Source of the DNA: Malacoraja senta
Lineage: Eukaryota
Direction of reading: 5' to 3'
DNA length: 64,000 nt
NCBI GenBank assembly: GCA_038087875.1
Contig: JAXLNO010003434.1
Location: forward strand, 62,001-126,000
Shown: one piece after another, positions 33,601-47,502 of the stretch
How positions within the stretch are numbered: position 1 is the stretch's first letter
Layout: each line of letters starts with the position of its first letter
Position numbers and translations under genes: made by a program
Notes under the pieces: generated by a model
Told to the model about the DNA's origin: nothing
The model's input: the letters and a program-made list of their open reading frames with translations, nothing else
Database searches by the model: none

Positions 33601-35066
33601 AGCACTGAGGGAGCAGCTCTGCCAGTTGTGCCATTGTGCCGGCCTGGTAGTATTTTGTTTTAACATGTGGTTGTAAAATTGCATCACAAACTCTGCAGAA
33701 CGTCCCGTATAGCACTAGATTCCACTGGTGTTTCTTTGGTGGGATATTGACCCGTGGCTCTCTGACTGAGAATGGAGATATGCTGTGGCTGACACCGCAT
33801 GAAAAAAATGTTTTGCACACAACTCACAGTTACTTCTTGCCTGGGTGGATGGAGCCCGCAGCGGGGGCTTGGGTCAGTGCCACAAAGGTGTCCGGAGATC
33901 ACCCGGCAGCGTTAATGAAAAGGCCAGTGTGGCGGTCGATGATGGCGCCGACCAATGGACGAGAACGGACTCATGGAATTGAGGACGCCGCTGCTGAGGG
34001 AAGGAGCAAAGGAGGACCCGGCGTGGGGGACGGAGATTTGTAACTTTGTAAACGCCCTTTATGAGCAAATATTTCCATACCTTGTGTGTGCAAGCAAAGA
34101 ATGTCACTGAGACTTGTCACATGTGACAATAAAGTATTCAATTCAATTCAATCAACAGCCACCTCTCATAATCTATTGATAACAGGCCTTTTGTTACAAG
34201 ATGGCATTCTCTGGAAAGGCGTAGGTTACTTAAAAATGTTTTAATCAATTTCTCTGATACAAGTGCACTGACCTCTTGTTCTGCTTTAGCTGTAAGTAGA
34301 CACACTCTCTACAATACCTTTCTCACACGACCGAACTTTGAGGATCAGTTTGCACATGGTATGTTTGAGAGCTATTTCCATTTACTGGGAGACATCACAG
34401 CCTAGCCTGAACTAGACTGCATGCTACTCTATAGTTAATGGTGAGATCAAGGCTTTTTGTCTGTCAGTCTGATATTGATTACAGTTGAATTCAGGAAACC
34501 CAATACCAAACAGCCTTTCACAAGGAAAAGCAAACAAATTGTGGCATTTACTTCAAGAAATACTCACACTCCCTATTGGACAATGTTAATGAATTCTGCT
34601 TTCAAACAATGAGTTCAAACCATGCTAAACAAGTCCAAGGAATTCTTAATGTAAACAAAGGAACTGCAGATGCTGGTTTAAGCTGAAGATAGACACAAAA
34701 TGTTGTAGTAACTCAGAGGCACAGGCAGCAGCTCTGGATAGAAGGAATGGGTGATGTTTTGGGTTGAGATCCTTTGGGGAAAAAATCATCCTGGCCTATG
34801 TGTAAATCGCATGTCAATGAGAATGGAGATGTTGACTGAAATGTGAGTCAGTGGGATTTGGATGGAAATGTGAATGCACAGAATTTAAAAGTAGTCTATT
34901 GGATCTGAACACATCTTGGTCTGAAGTAGGGTCTCGACCCACAATGTCACCCATTCCTTCTCTCCAGAGATGCTGCCTGTGAGTTACTCCAGCATTTTGT
35001 GTCTGTCTCCCGTGTAAACTGGCATCTGCAGTTCCTTCCTACACATTTGGTATGTGAATCAGTATT

Positions 35067-35204
35067 GTGTGAATGGATAATTTTTTGAATGGGTATAAGC
35101 TTCAGAATGGTGTTGGTGGGGGCATTTTTGAATGGGGTATGTGATTCAGAATGGTGTGAATGGAGGAATTTTTGAACGGGGTATGTGATTCAAAATGGTG
35201 TGAA
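35067..35204 (+). repeat. ~44-bp tandem repeat, about 3 units
   Basis: gtgtgaatgg..tttttgaa(t/c)gggg tatgtgattca(g/a)aatg recurs. Confidence 0.7.
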
Positions 35205-35749
35205 CAGATCAAGTTTATCAATGACAGATACATTTATGCAATTAATCTATATTTATCATATCTAATTTTATAACATAAATATGAACCAAATTGAATTAAT
35301 TACGTTCCACCCTGTTACTTGATCTTTTAGATAGTTGAGAAGGTATTGAAAGAGTGCCTTGTTCACTCAAGAACCCAGGCAATAGTGGACAGTTTATCAG
35401 CAAACACTTGGCCCAGTGCCCGAGGTGCTCCAGTCACTAAGTGATGGAAATGTATTTGTCATTCCACAAATCTCACATTGTGTAAGAGGTTGTGGTTGGA
35501 GTCTCAGCCCAACAGATCAGTCAGAAGAGGTACAGGAACAGAGGCAGGGTGAATGTGTGATTTGTAGACTATCAGATACAGAATATTACAGGTCAGGAAC
35601 TCACCCTTTGGCCCACAATGTATATGCCGAATGTAATGCCAAGATAAACTGACCTAGTCGAATGCAAACAGAAATTTTACATTCGATGAACACTTTCACA
35701 TCATACAACCCATCTCCAATGAAAATTATCTCCTTCCTTCCATGACTTT

Positions 35750-36960
35750 TAGTTATGGAGTCATAGAGTGATACAGTTTGGGAACAGGCCCTTCAGCCCA
35801 ACTTGTCCACACTGGGCAACATGTCCCAGCTACACTAGTCCCACCTGCCTGCCTTTGGTCCATATCCCTCCAAACCTGTCATATCCATGTACATGTCTAA
35901 CTGTTTCTTAAACGAGGGGATTGTCCCAGCCTCAATTACCTCCTCTGGGAGCTTGTACCATACACCCACCACACTTTGTGTGAAAACGTTACCCTTCGGA
36001 TTCCTATTAAATCTTATCCCATTGACCTTGAAACTATGTCATCTGGTCCTCGATTCCCCTACTCTGGGCAAAAGACTCTGTGCATCTACCCGAACTATTC
36101 CTCTGATGGTATTGTATACCTCTTACAAGATCACCCCTCATCCTCCTGCGCTCCAAGGAATAGAGACCCAGCCTACTCAACCTCTCCCTATAACTCACAC
36201 CCTCTAGTCCTGGCAACATCCTTGTAAATCTTTTCTGACCAGTTTCAAGCTTGACAATATCTTTCCTATAACATGGTGCCCAGAACTGAACACAATATTC
36301 TAAATGCGGTCTCACCAACATCTTATACAACTGCAACATGACCTCCCAACTTCTGTACTCATTATTCTGACTGATGAAGGCCAATGTGCCAAAAGCCTTT
36401 TTGACCACCTTATCTACCTATGACTCGACCTTTAAGGAACCTTGCACTTGTACTCCTAGATCCCTCTCCTCTCAACACTCCCCAGAGACCGACCATTTAC
36501 TGTGTTAGACGTCCCAAAAAGCAACACCTCACACTTCTCTGTATTAAATTCCATCAACCATTCCTCGGCCCACTGGCCAATCGATCCAGATCCTGCTGCA
36601 ATCGTTCACAACCCATTGTCTACCTGCAACCGTTCACAACCATCTTCACTATCTGCAAAACCACTCCCTTTTGTATCATCAGCAACCTTGCTAATCTTGC
36701 CCCGTATTATATCATCCAAATCAATTATGTAGATGACAAACAGTAACGGGCCCAGCACCGAACCCTGAGTCACACCACTAGTCACACGCCTCCAATCAGT
36801 GAAGCAACCTTCCACCATCACCCTCTGCTTCCTTCCATGGAGCCATTTGCTATCCATTCAGCTATCTCTCCTTGGATCTCATGTGATCAAATCTTCCAGA
36901 GCAGCCTACCATGCGGAGCCTTTTCGAATACCTTTCTGAAATCCATGTACACAACATCTA
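35750..36960 (-). mobile_element. CR1 LINE fragment, decayed RT
   Basis: ORFs 36034-36408 and 36606-36857 (GVTQGSVLGP, KVADDTK). Confidence 0.85.
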
Positions 36961-38819
36961 CAGCTCTGTAGAGCTTCCACAGCTTGAGTTGTGCAAAGTC
37001 ATGGAGAACACATCTCCGGTCAGTCAGCTAATTTCCATTGTGTTCAGTGTGTTGGACTGAGGGAAAAAATGGGATTAAAGGATGAGATTCTTTCTCCAGT
37101 TGCTGTGATACATTGTAAATGGATCGATTGTAATGTGTACGAAGGAACTGCAGATACTGGTTTAAACAGAAGATAGTCATAAAAAAGCTGGAGTAACTCA
37201 GCGGGGCAGGCAGCATCTCTGGAGAGAAGAATTGAAGAAAGTCTCAACCTGAAACGTCACCCATTCCTTCTCTCCAGAGATGCTGCCTGTCCTGCTGAGT
37301 TACTCCAGCTTTATGTGTCTATCTTCAGATCGATTACAATCATGTATTGACTTTCTGCTGACTGGTTAGCACACAACAAAAGCTTTTCACTGTAAACAGC
37401 TTTCACTATTTCACAATAAACTAAACTGAACTGAGACTATTAATACTTCATACCTGTGCATAAACCTGGGCAAATGAATTTTAAAATAATTCTTGTCTAT
37501 AACCTGCTTATGTATTCAAGTGACAGTGGGTGCATTGATTCAATGGTTCAATGGTTACTTTATTGTCACATATACCTGGGTTCAGTGAAATTACTTTTCC
37601 TACAGTTCTGTCAAACATTTACAATACACAAGGACAATCATACTTTAGTACAAGACTACAGGAAATATAGATTACATTGAGACAATACACAATTTGTATT
37701 GATTTCCACTAACATTTTGCATAAATCAAAACTCCAAAGTTATAAACAATGTAGAGATTTAACTTGACCTGATAACCTATTGCTTTGGTGGCAGCACCGG
37801 TTTGGAGCTGCAGGGTTTAGCCCACAATGTTTGGTATTAGTGTAAAGTTCATAATATCAGGATTATTCTTGCATGGAACAGACACTGGTCCACAACCCCA
37901 ACTTGAATCTGATTTCATGAATTAATTGGCCATTGTACACTTGGCCAGACATTCCTTATCAAGATTACCATAAGGGACAACCTGCCCTGCCAATGTTACC
38001 TCAAAGTGACTATGAGTGTGGTGAACATGGATTGACTTGGAAAGTTTCCTGAAAGATCAGCACACATTGAAATGATAACGCAATCAACTGTTATTCGATG
38101 CACAGAGACTTTGCCCAGAGTAGGGGAATCGAGGACCAGAGGACATAGGTTCAAGGTGAAGGGGAAAAAGATTTAATAGGAATCCGAGGGTCAACATTTT
38201 CACACAAAGGCTGGTGGGTGTATGGAACAAGCTGCCAGAGGAGGTAGTTGAGGCTGGGACTATCCTATCCTTTAAGAAACAGTTAGACAATCGCAGGCAA
38301 GTGGGACCAGTGTAGCTGGGACATTGTTGGCCGGTGTGGGCGAGTTGGGCCGAAGGACCTGTTTCCAAACTGTATCACTCTATGACTCTATGATATTATT
38401 AATAAAATTAATTAACAACAATCAAGTAGATTGTTTGAAGCTGTTCCCATTCCTTATGCAGATCCAAGTAACCCAATCAAGGTAAATCAATGTTAGGTGC
38501 CTGGAAGATGTGGAGTACTCAATAATCAAGATCTGGTACTTTAGTGACCTTCCTTCCATTATAAAGTCAAAAGTGATTGTCTGTTGTTGATTGCACAATG
38601 CTCAATTTCATTTCCTCATTTATTCACTGCACCACAAGCTTCAACCAGTGACAAAACACACTGCAGATACGTGTCATCTAGTCCATCAGAACATTCCAAA
38701 CTCAACATCTCAAGCACAAGAACAACAAGGTCAGCAGATGTGTGGGAACCTGACCTGGGATCCATCCTGACTTAGAAATGAATCACCATTTGTTCATAAT
38801 TGAGTTTGGTTTAGAGATA

Positions 38820-39410
38820 TGTCATGCCAGCAGTTCGAAATAAACAGGTCGCAGAGGGTAGAAGGCTGGCACAGGGGGTCAAAGAGGATGGGGTTTGTAG
38901 GATAAGGAGGACTGTGTTTTCACCGGGAGGTGAGGACTCCTTCCCGTAGAAAAAGGCTTGGAGGCGGAGGCAACTGAAGAAGATCTCTACATCATGGTGA
39001 GCCCTGAATTTGTTGAGGTGGGGGCGTAGGGATACAAAGATAAGGCCTCAGTTGAAGACTGACTGTTCTGTATCAGAAGGAAGTCTGGGGGGAAGGACCC
39101 CGGAGAGCTTTACTGTATATTGTCGGGGCCAGCAGCGTAGAGGCCCAAGGCCGGAAAAGGGGCTTGCAAACCATGTGTTGATGTCTTTGGCCGACTGGTG
39201 GCCAGTGAAGAGGCGAGGATCGGCGGAGTCAATGGGCCCACGAGTGGCTAGAGTACAGGTAAAGGTTGGCGGCAAACATGGCCTGGAAGCTTTGTGGGCC
39301 GATGGTGGCATGATCAACAGTGTCAGTAGGTCAGGCCTGGAAGCTCCATTAACCATTCTTCAGCCCACTTGTCTCACTGATCACGATCCAGCTGTAATTT
39401 TTGATAACTT
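38820..39410 (-). mobile_element. Penelope-like element, N-terminal ORF fragment
   Basis: LPSDTEQSVFN*GLIFVSLRPHLNKFRAHHDVEIFFSCLRLQAFF resembles the pre-RT region of Penelope ORFs (recognition from memory). Confidence 0.6.
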
Positions 39411-39419
39411 TGTTCACTG

Positions 39420-40260
39420 TTTATGATATCAACTAGGTCAATGTCATCTGCAAAGTTTCTAATCATGCCGCACATTTTCATCTAAGTTGCTCATATAAAC
39501 CACAATCAGCAATGGGCCCAGCACTGAACCCTGAGGGATACCTCTATTCACAGGCCTCCAGTGTGAAAAGCACTTCCACTATCACCCTATGCTTCCATGA
39601 ACGTAATTCTTTGTTTAGGCAGCTAGTTCTCCCTGAATTCCATGAGCTCTAATCATCCAGAGCAGCCTACCATGCAGAAACGTATCAAAGGCCTTGCTAA
39701 AGACCATATGTACAATGTCTATGACCTTATCATCATCAACCTTCTTGGTTACTTTTTCCAAAAACTACCAGATTGGCGATGCATGATCTCCCACGTACAA
39801 AACCACACTGACCAGCCCCTGTCTCTACAAATGCATATTTACCCTATCTCTCAGAATCCTGTCCAGTAACTTCCCTACTGCAGATTGTAGACCCACTGAT
39901 TTATAGTTTCTAGGCTATGCCCTGTAGTCCTTCTAACAATGATTCATATCTCTCAGTCAGGGCGCTTGCAATTTTTTCTCTAGCTCCCCACAGTGTCCTC
40001 TGATATATCTGATCAGGTCTGGGTGAATTATCTACTTTCATATGTCTTAGGATGTCCAGCACATCATCGGCCATAACACGGACTGTCCTCCAGACATCTC
40101 CATTTCCTGTTGCAAGCTCCCTCATCTTCAAATCTTTCTCCACAGTAAAAACAGGGGAGAAATACTCATTGAAAATCTTGCTCATCTCATGCAGCTCCTC
40201 ACAGAGATGACAGCTTTTATTTTCTGAGTGGATTTATTCTTTATCAAGTTACCCTCATTC
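39420..40260 (-). mobile_element. Old CR1 fragment
   Basis: FNEYFSPVFTVE..VDNSPRPDQIY and QGSVLGPL remnants. Confidence 0.75.
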
Positions 40261-40274
40261 ATTTAATATAGGAG

Positions 40275-40770
40275 CGAAGAAGTCTGTAAAAACTTGTGAA
40301 CACTGCCCAGTCCATCACGGGTTCTGACCTCCCCACCATCGAAGGAAGCTCAAAAAGGCAGCAAGGATCATCAGAGACCCACACCACCCTGGCCACACAC
40401 TTATTTCACCCCTGCCATAGGGTAGAAGGTACAGGAGCCTGAAAATTGTAACGTCAGGTTCAGCAATAACTTCTACCCTACAGCCTTTAGGCTATTAAAC
40501 ACTACAGCCTTAAACAAGCTCTTAACTACATAGACTATTATTGTTATTGTTGCACCATTATTGTTTGTTTTTTGTGTGTACATATGAGTGTGTGTGTGTG
40601 TATATATATATATACGAATATGGTCTCTATATATGTGTATTTGTGAGTATGTGTATACATACACACCCAGATATTTTTATTTCATGTTTCTTATATTGTT
40701 TACAGTGTACTATGTTTACATATTCTGTTGTGCTGCTGCAAGTAAGAATGTCATTGTTCTATCTAGGACA
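40275..40770 (+). mobile_element. Rex1/Babar 3' fragment; tail resumes at 41299-41330 after the Helitron
   Basis: cccagtccatcacgg..atcagagacccacaccaccc; tail gtaagaatgtcattgttc..ggaca|tatgacaataaaac. Confidence 0.75.
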
Positions 40771-41298
40771 TCTCTATATAACTAAAAGTCTTTGGCTTGT
40801 TTGTGCCCACGATGTGTCTGTGTGTGTGTCAATCTGGTAAATTCCTGTCTTCTTCCTAATGCTAGGCCACAGCCTTCCTATTTTCACACATCTTACTCAC
40901 ATTTTTCCCGTGGTGGCAATAAACATCTTCCCATCACATTTCCACCTATATTTCCGAAGTTATTAATCGTTAAATTTTAAAAACAGTTTGATTTCTTCAA
41001 ACTCTTCCATTTTGGAAACAAAATCCGAGTGACTTCACAATGCACTCGCGAGGCAGGACAGGGCCACTCCAGGAGGGACGGACACTCCAGTGCTCCAACC
41101 CTCCTTCCCCCCTCCCCACCCCCCTCCAGTGCACCAATCACGATGGGCTCTCAAGCTGCCGAGTGCCACACCCCCTGCCCCCTCCCCCTCATCATGATTA
41201 AAGTGTTTTTTTAAGCCAAACGGGTTGCGTTGGGGGACGGGTGAGTGCTGGAATATTGCGTTGGGGGAGCAGACCCAACGGGTCTGCACTTGGTCTGG
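40771..41298 (+). mobile_element. Non-autonomous Helitron (528 bp)
   Basis: A|TC 5' end, CTGG|T 3' end (CTRR), 8-bp hairpin gcagaccc-aac-gggtctgc 7 nt before CTRR, no TSD; removal restores the Rex1 tail. Confidence 0.85.
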
Positions 41299-42169
41299 TA
41301 TGACAATAAAACAATATTGATTCTTGAATGTACATAAAGTATCTTTGGATTCTTCTTTGCCAGAGTTGACAACAAAATTGATAAGTATATTAGGTAATGA
41401 TAATTGTTATCTAAGATTACAAAATAATGTTGATCAACCGGAAAGGTATGGAGGTGAGGGGATGGGAGGTGAGGGGGGGGGAAGGAATGCCAGTTGAAAT
41501 CTAACTCAAACAAGTGTGATTTGATGCATTTTGGGAATTCAAATCATGACTGGCCAAATCTATTGCAGGATTGTAAATGGAGCTGTACCTTGGTGTACAA
41601 TTACATAGTTCCCTGAAAATGGCATCATAGTTTGATAGGGTAGTGAAGGGAATATATGTCTGAAGAATCGCCTCAATCCAAAACGTCACCCATTCCTTCT
41701 CTCCAGAAATATTGCCGCTGAGTCTCTCTAGCTTTTTGTGTCTATCTTCGGTTTACATTAGCATCTGCTGTTCATTCCTACACAGAGTATATGTTGTGCC
41801 TTGTTTCCTCAGCCATGGTACTGAGGACTAGGGTTGGGGTGTCGTGTTACAGTTGTACAGAATGTTGAACAGGCAACCATTAATCTGTCCAGGGGCTCAG
41901 CTGATTTGCTGCACAATAGACTCTAATCCAAGTTCTGAACTCCGAAAAGAAAATCAAGAAATTCAAGTTGCCACTCATCCAGGGACTGAATAACAAAACA
42001 CATCTTAGTGTTGCTTATCTGGCTTGAGAACTCTTAACATTGATCTATTTTGCTTCATACTGTAGTCCATTTAATAAACTGGTCATCCCCAGACATCCTG
42101 TGTCCACACTTTCCCAAGGGCACCTCACCTATTTTCAGCTCTGCTCTCAACAAGTATCAATCACATTAT

Positions 42170-42305
42170 CCCTCTCTCTATCTATCATCTCTCTCCATCT
42201 CACTATATATCTCTCTCTCTCTATCTCCCTATTTCCCTCCATCTATTTATCTCTCCATCTCTCATCCCTCAGCTCTATCTCTCTTTCCTTCATCTCTTTC
42301 ATTTC
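42170..42305. repeat. Pyrimidine-rich (CT)/(ATCT) low-complexity tract
   Basis: Direct reading. Confidence 0.8.
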
Positions 42306-42544
42306 TGCAAATTGAAATCATTAATCAGTCTGAGAGCACTGTGTGTGACTGAATGACATCAGAGCATCAGTCCCTGAGGCATACCACTGGTCACAGGCTT
42401 CCTATGTAAAAAAAACAACCCTCCACTACCACTCTCTGACTCCTACCACCAAGCCAACTTTGTGTCCAATTGACTAGCTCACCCTGGATCCCATGTTTTC
42501 CAACCTAATGGACCAGCCACCCATGTGGGGCCTTGCTGAAGGAT

Positions 42545-42855
42545 GGCATGGTGGCATAGTCGTAAGGCTACTGCATTACAGTGCCAGAGACCTGGGTTCA
42601 ATCCTGACTACAAGTGCTTTTCTATATGGAGTTTGTACGTTCTCTCCGTGACCTGCGTAGGTTTTCTCCAAGATCTTCGGTTTTCTCCCACACTCCAAAG
42701 ACGTACAGGTTTGTACGTTAATTGGCTTGGTATAAAAGGTAAAATTACCCCTAGTGTGTGTAGGGTAGTGTTAAAATGCGGGGATCGCTGGTCGGTGCAG
42801 GCCCGGTGGGCTGTAGGGTCTGTTTCCTCACTGTATCTCTAAACTAAACTAAACA
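42545..42855 (+). mobile_element. tRNA-derived V-SINE
   Basis: ggcatggtggcatag..gggttcaatcc head, (aaact)n tail. Confidence 0.85.
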
Positions 42856-43098
42856 TAGACAACATCTGTCATCCAATCACACACTGGGCAATTTACAAAA
42901 TTCAATTAACCAACCAACTCGCATGTCTTTGAGATATAGGAGGAACGGAGCATTTGGTGGAAATCCACGTGTCATAGGGAGAACAAGAAAATGATACACG
43001 TTGTACCCGAGATCAGGATTGAATCCAAGTTGCTGTAGCAGAGGGGCACCAATTCTGCCAGTTGCCTCAATGTACTGCCTTTTAAAAAGAAAATTCAA

Positions 43099-43413
43099 AG
43101 CCTGTCCCAATGTACGAGGTAATTCAAGAGCTCTCCCGAGTTTAAAAAAAAATCAAACTCGTGGTAAGCACGTAGATGGTACGTAGCAGGTACGTCGGAG
43201 CTCGGGACATCTCCTAGCGGCTCGTAACGCTAACGGCAGGTACTCGGGAAACGCGGTAAGCTCGTGAAGACTCGTGAAGATTTTTCAACATGTTGAAAAA
43301 AGTCCACGAGAGCCCCAAGTACCTACGAGCGGCTATTACCGTAATTCTCCGAGTTCGAATCAGGGGAAACTCGGGAGAACTCTTGAATTAGCTCGTACAG
43401 TGGGACAGGGCCT
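43099..43413. mobile_element. PIF/Harbinger-like MITE
   Basis: ~45-bp TIRs (cctgtccca.tgtacgag.taattcaagag.tctcccgagttt), central palindrome tttttcaacatgttgaaaaa, TTA right flank. Confidence 0.75.
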
Positions 43414-43460
43414 TTAAGCTGTGTCTGCGTTGTCCATGCACACACTCTCTGGGCAGAATT

Positions 43461-43760
43461 AGTTTAGTTTAGTTTAGAGATACAGCATGGAAACAGGCCT
43501 TTCGGCCTACCAAATTTGCGAAGACCAATGATCCCTTTACATTGGCACTTTCCTACACACACTAGGTACAAATTACAATTTACAAACCAATTAACCTACA
43601 AACCTGTACGTCTTTGGAGTGTGGGAGGAAACTGGAGCACCTGGAGAAAACCCATGCGTTCACCCAACATACAAACTCCGTGTGGACCGCACCCATAGTC
43701 AGGATCGAACCCTGGTGTCTGGTGCTATAAGGCAGCAACTCTACCGCTGCGCCACCCTGC
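43461..43760 (-). mobile_element. tRNA-derived V-SINE
   Basis: Full head-core-tail. Confidence 0.85.
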
Positions 43761-44167
43761 CGCCCCTAAGTATAGATATAGGGAAAGATACAGCAGCCTG
43801 AAAACCGTGACAACCAGATTCAAGAATAGTCTCTTCTCAGCAATCATCAGGCTCTTCAACACCACACAAAACTAACTTCAGCATCTATGATCATCTACGG
43901 ACTGTCTTTGAATGTAATATGAATTTAGTTTTTTGCACTATTATGATAGTCCAGTATTACAGTTATTAATTTATTGTTATATTGGTTGTTTTATATTATC
44001 TCTGTGTTATTGCAGTTACATGCAGGTGAAGCTGCAGCAAGTCAGAATTTTGTTGTTCTATTGTTGATACATATGACAATTAAACAACTCTTACCTCACA
44101 TTTGATTTTGGGTAAAGCTCACTCCATATTACCCCCACCATACACTCAGGAAAAGTACAAGGAACAA

Positions 44168-45210
44168 GTACATGTTTAAGAAAGAACTGCAGATGCTGGA
44201 AAAATCCAAGGTAGACAAAAATGCTGGAGAAACTCAGCAGTGAGGCAGCATCTATGGAGCAAAGGAATAGGTGACGTTTTGGGTCGAGACCCTTCTTCAG
44301 ACTGATATGGGGGTGTGGGGCGGGAAGAAGAAAGGAAGAGGTGGAAATAGTAGGCTGTGGGAGAGCTTCGAAGGGGAGGGGAAGGAGGGAGAAAGCAAAG
44401 ACTACCTGAAAATGGAGGTCAATGTTCATACCGCTGGGGTGTAAACTACCCAAGCGAAAAATGATATGCTGCTCCTCCAATTTGCGGAGGGTCTTACTCT
44501 GGCCGTGGAGGAGACCCAGGACAGAAAGGTCGGATTCTGAATGGGAGGGGGAGTTGAAGTGCTGAGCCACTGGGAGATCAGGTTGGTTAATGCGGACTGA
44601 GCGGAGGTGTTGGGCGAAGCGATCGCCAATCCTGCGCTTGGTCTCACCGATGTAGAGCAGTTGACACCTAGAGCAGCGGATGCAATAGATGAGGTTGGAG
44701 GAGGGGCAGGTGAACTTCTGCCTCACTTGGAAAGACTGCTTAGGCCCTTGGATGGAGTCAAGGGGGGAGATAAAGCGACAAGTGTAGCATTTCCTGCGGT
44801 TGCAAGTGAAAGTGCCAGGGGAGGGGAAGGTTAAGGAACGGGGCTTCTTCTCTTCGACTGCAGATGAGGCTCTCAGCAGGGTCTCTTCTATATCTCGTTG
44901 CTCCGCTCTCACTCCCCATCCCCCCACTCGTGACAAGTTCCCCTTGTCCTCACATTACACCCTACCAGCCGTCACATACAACAGATAATCCTCCGACATA
45001 TTCGCCACCTCCAACGGGATCCCATCACTGGCCACATCTTCTCATCTTCTCCCCTTTCAGCTTTCTGAAGAGACTGCACCCTCTGTAACTCCCTGGTCAA
45101 TTTGTCCCTTCCCACCCAAACCACTCCCTCCCCTGGTACTTTCCCTTGCAACTGCAGGAAATGCTACACTTGTCGCTTTACCTCCCCCCTTAACTCCATC
45201 CAAGGACCTA
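44168..45210 (-). mobile_element. Penelope-like retroelement 3' part (GIY-YIG endonuclease + tail) with inverted 5' segment
   Basis: ORF 44091-44936: CNRRKCYTC..NLIYCIRC..LYIGET.R..DRF.QH..VAQHF..E..I.RLGSL.P.GMN; hammerhead-type tail at 44273-44300; upstream part present on + at ~44880-45210. Confidence 0.9.
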
Positions 45211-46019
45211 GGCATGCCATGCTATCCAAACAGATTGGATATACCATACACAGATATAATCAATTAAAAGGGGAATAATATCATGCAGCATAACAATCTC
45301 AGCATTGTAGCGCATCAGTTCCAGTGAGAAACACCAATGATCTCGGTGGATAGACGTAAATCATACTTACCATAACCTACAGAAAAACTGTTCAGTAGCC
45401 AGATAACAGAGGGGAAGAAGCTGTCGCTGAGGCTGGTGGTACGTGCCTTCAATCTTCTGCACCTTCTGCCAAACGGGAGCCAAACTTATCCATGCCTTTC
45501 ATAATTTTACATACTTCTATCAGGGCTCCCCTCAACTAATTGGAGCAGGGAACCAATGTAAGGACAGTTTTGGCAATGATACAAAAATAGATGAAATGGC
45601 ACGGTTTAATGAGGAAAGTATGATTTTACAACAGGATATAGATAGCTTGAGTGATTAGTCAAAACCTGGCTAATGTGTTTAATGTGGGAAACTGTGAGGT
45701 CATGCTGAAGATAGACACAAAATGCTGGAATAACTCAGCGGGACAGGCAGCATCTCTAGATAGAAGGAATGGGTGACGTTTCAAGTCGAGACCCATTTTC
45801 GGACTGTAGAACTCTCGTTGGAGAGAGGAGAACTTCTTCAAAGTAGGCATACCTTGAGGAGATTTCTCAGTGGAGCAGCCAAATTGTGTAGGAAGGAACT
45901 GCAAATGCTACTTCACACTGAAGATAGACACAAAATGCTGGAGTAACTTAGCAGGACAAGCAGCATCTCTAGGTAGAATTGGTGATGTTTCGAGTCATGC
46001 TCTTTGGCATGAGGAATCA

Positions 46020-46755
46020 AGTCAGCTTGCCTCAATCAGTATCAATGGTGCCAAAGTAGAAATGGTTGAGAGCTTCAAATTCTTTGGTGTAAATATTACC
46101 AACGAACCTTGATGGACCAACCACATTGAAGGGACAGCCAAGAAGGCACACCAATGCCTCCATTTCCTCAGACGACTGAGGAAATTTGGTATGTGTCCAA
46201 TGACTCTTACCAACTTCCATAGATGCACCATAGAAAGCATATTATCAGGTTACATCACAGCTTGTTTTCAGAATAGCTTTGCCCAAGACCACAAGATATT
46301 GCAGAGAGGTGTAGATGTAGCACAGTCCATCACACAGACCAGACTGCCCATCATTGTCTCCATTTACACTTCCTGCCTCTTCAGGAAGACAGCCAACATA
46401 GTCAAAGACCTTTCTCACACTAGTGATTCCTTTTTTCTCCACTTCCATCAGGCAGAAGATGCAGAGCTTAAAGGTGTAGAGCACCAGACACAGGAACAGC
46501 TTCTTCTCCTCTGTTATCAGGCTTTTGAATGTTCCATGTGCTAGGACCCATTCCCAATTCTCCTTTACCTCAATATGGCCATTGGATTTTGTCTCTGGAA
46601 CTGTTGTACAATAATGTTGAGAGCTATATTCTTCACTGTATCTTATCCTTCAGTCTGCCTATTGTACTTGTGTTTGGCTTGATAGTATTTATGTATACAA
46701 CAGCAAACACAATGCTTTTCACCGTACCTTGGTACACATCACAATAACAAACCTC
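46020..46755 (+). mobile_element. Rex1/Babar LINE 3' fragment
   Basis: VEMVESFKFFGVNIT..AKKAHQCLHFLRRLRKFGM..CTIESILSGYIT. Confidence 0.85.
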
Positions 46756-47502
46756 AAGCTAAACCTTAAATGGTGGATTCTTGTCTAAATGGAGAGAGAC
46801 TGTAACTGAGTGAAGTTCAGATGGGATCTTGGTATTCAAGTGCATGCATCAAATTAAGTTAGTAGCAGGCCCAGTAACCAATGGAAAAAATGCAGTCTTT
46901 ACTGCAAAGGGGATGGAATTTAAGAACAGGGAAGTTATATTGGAATTATGCAGGATGATAGTGAGTCAATAACTGGAAAACCGCACACAGTTTAACATTA
47001 AATAGGGTATAGGAGCATTGGATGCAGACCAGGTGAAATTCACCAAACTAAGTCAAGAGATGAAAAGGTTGTCCCATCAAGAGCGGTAAACACTTTAGGT
47101 CTGCATTCCTTGGAGTGTAGAAAGTGATGAGTGACCTTATTCACACATGCAATATCTTAAGGGGCTTTTCATGATAGATGTTGAGATGTTTCACTGGTGG
47201 GAAAGTCTAAAAACAATGGGAAACAACTACAGAATAAGGGACCAGTTGTTTAAAAGTGAGGTACATAAAAATTACTTATTTCAGAACGGTGTGAATCGCT
47301 GGAATTCTGTGCCCAGAGGTGGTGGTGGCTAAGGCATTAGATATGCTTATGAACAGATAGAGAAATCTTTGAAAGATTCAGGCAATTGACGGTTTTGGGG
47401 TAAAGGAACAGAGGAGTAGTCCACTTCTGCTATTTTTACTTGTGTTGTGGACGATTACCCTCATGAATAAAGTTAGAACTTGCAACCAACATTTCAATCA
47501 GA

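Noticed and set aside
35331-35444. Acceptor followed by a 37-aa frame IVEKVLKECL..
   Set aside because: No recognisable homology, no partner exon, phase 0 unlike the MHC exons
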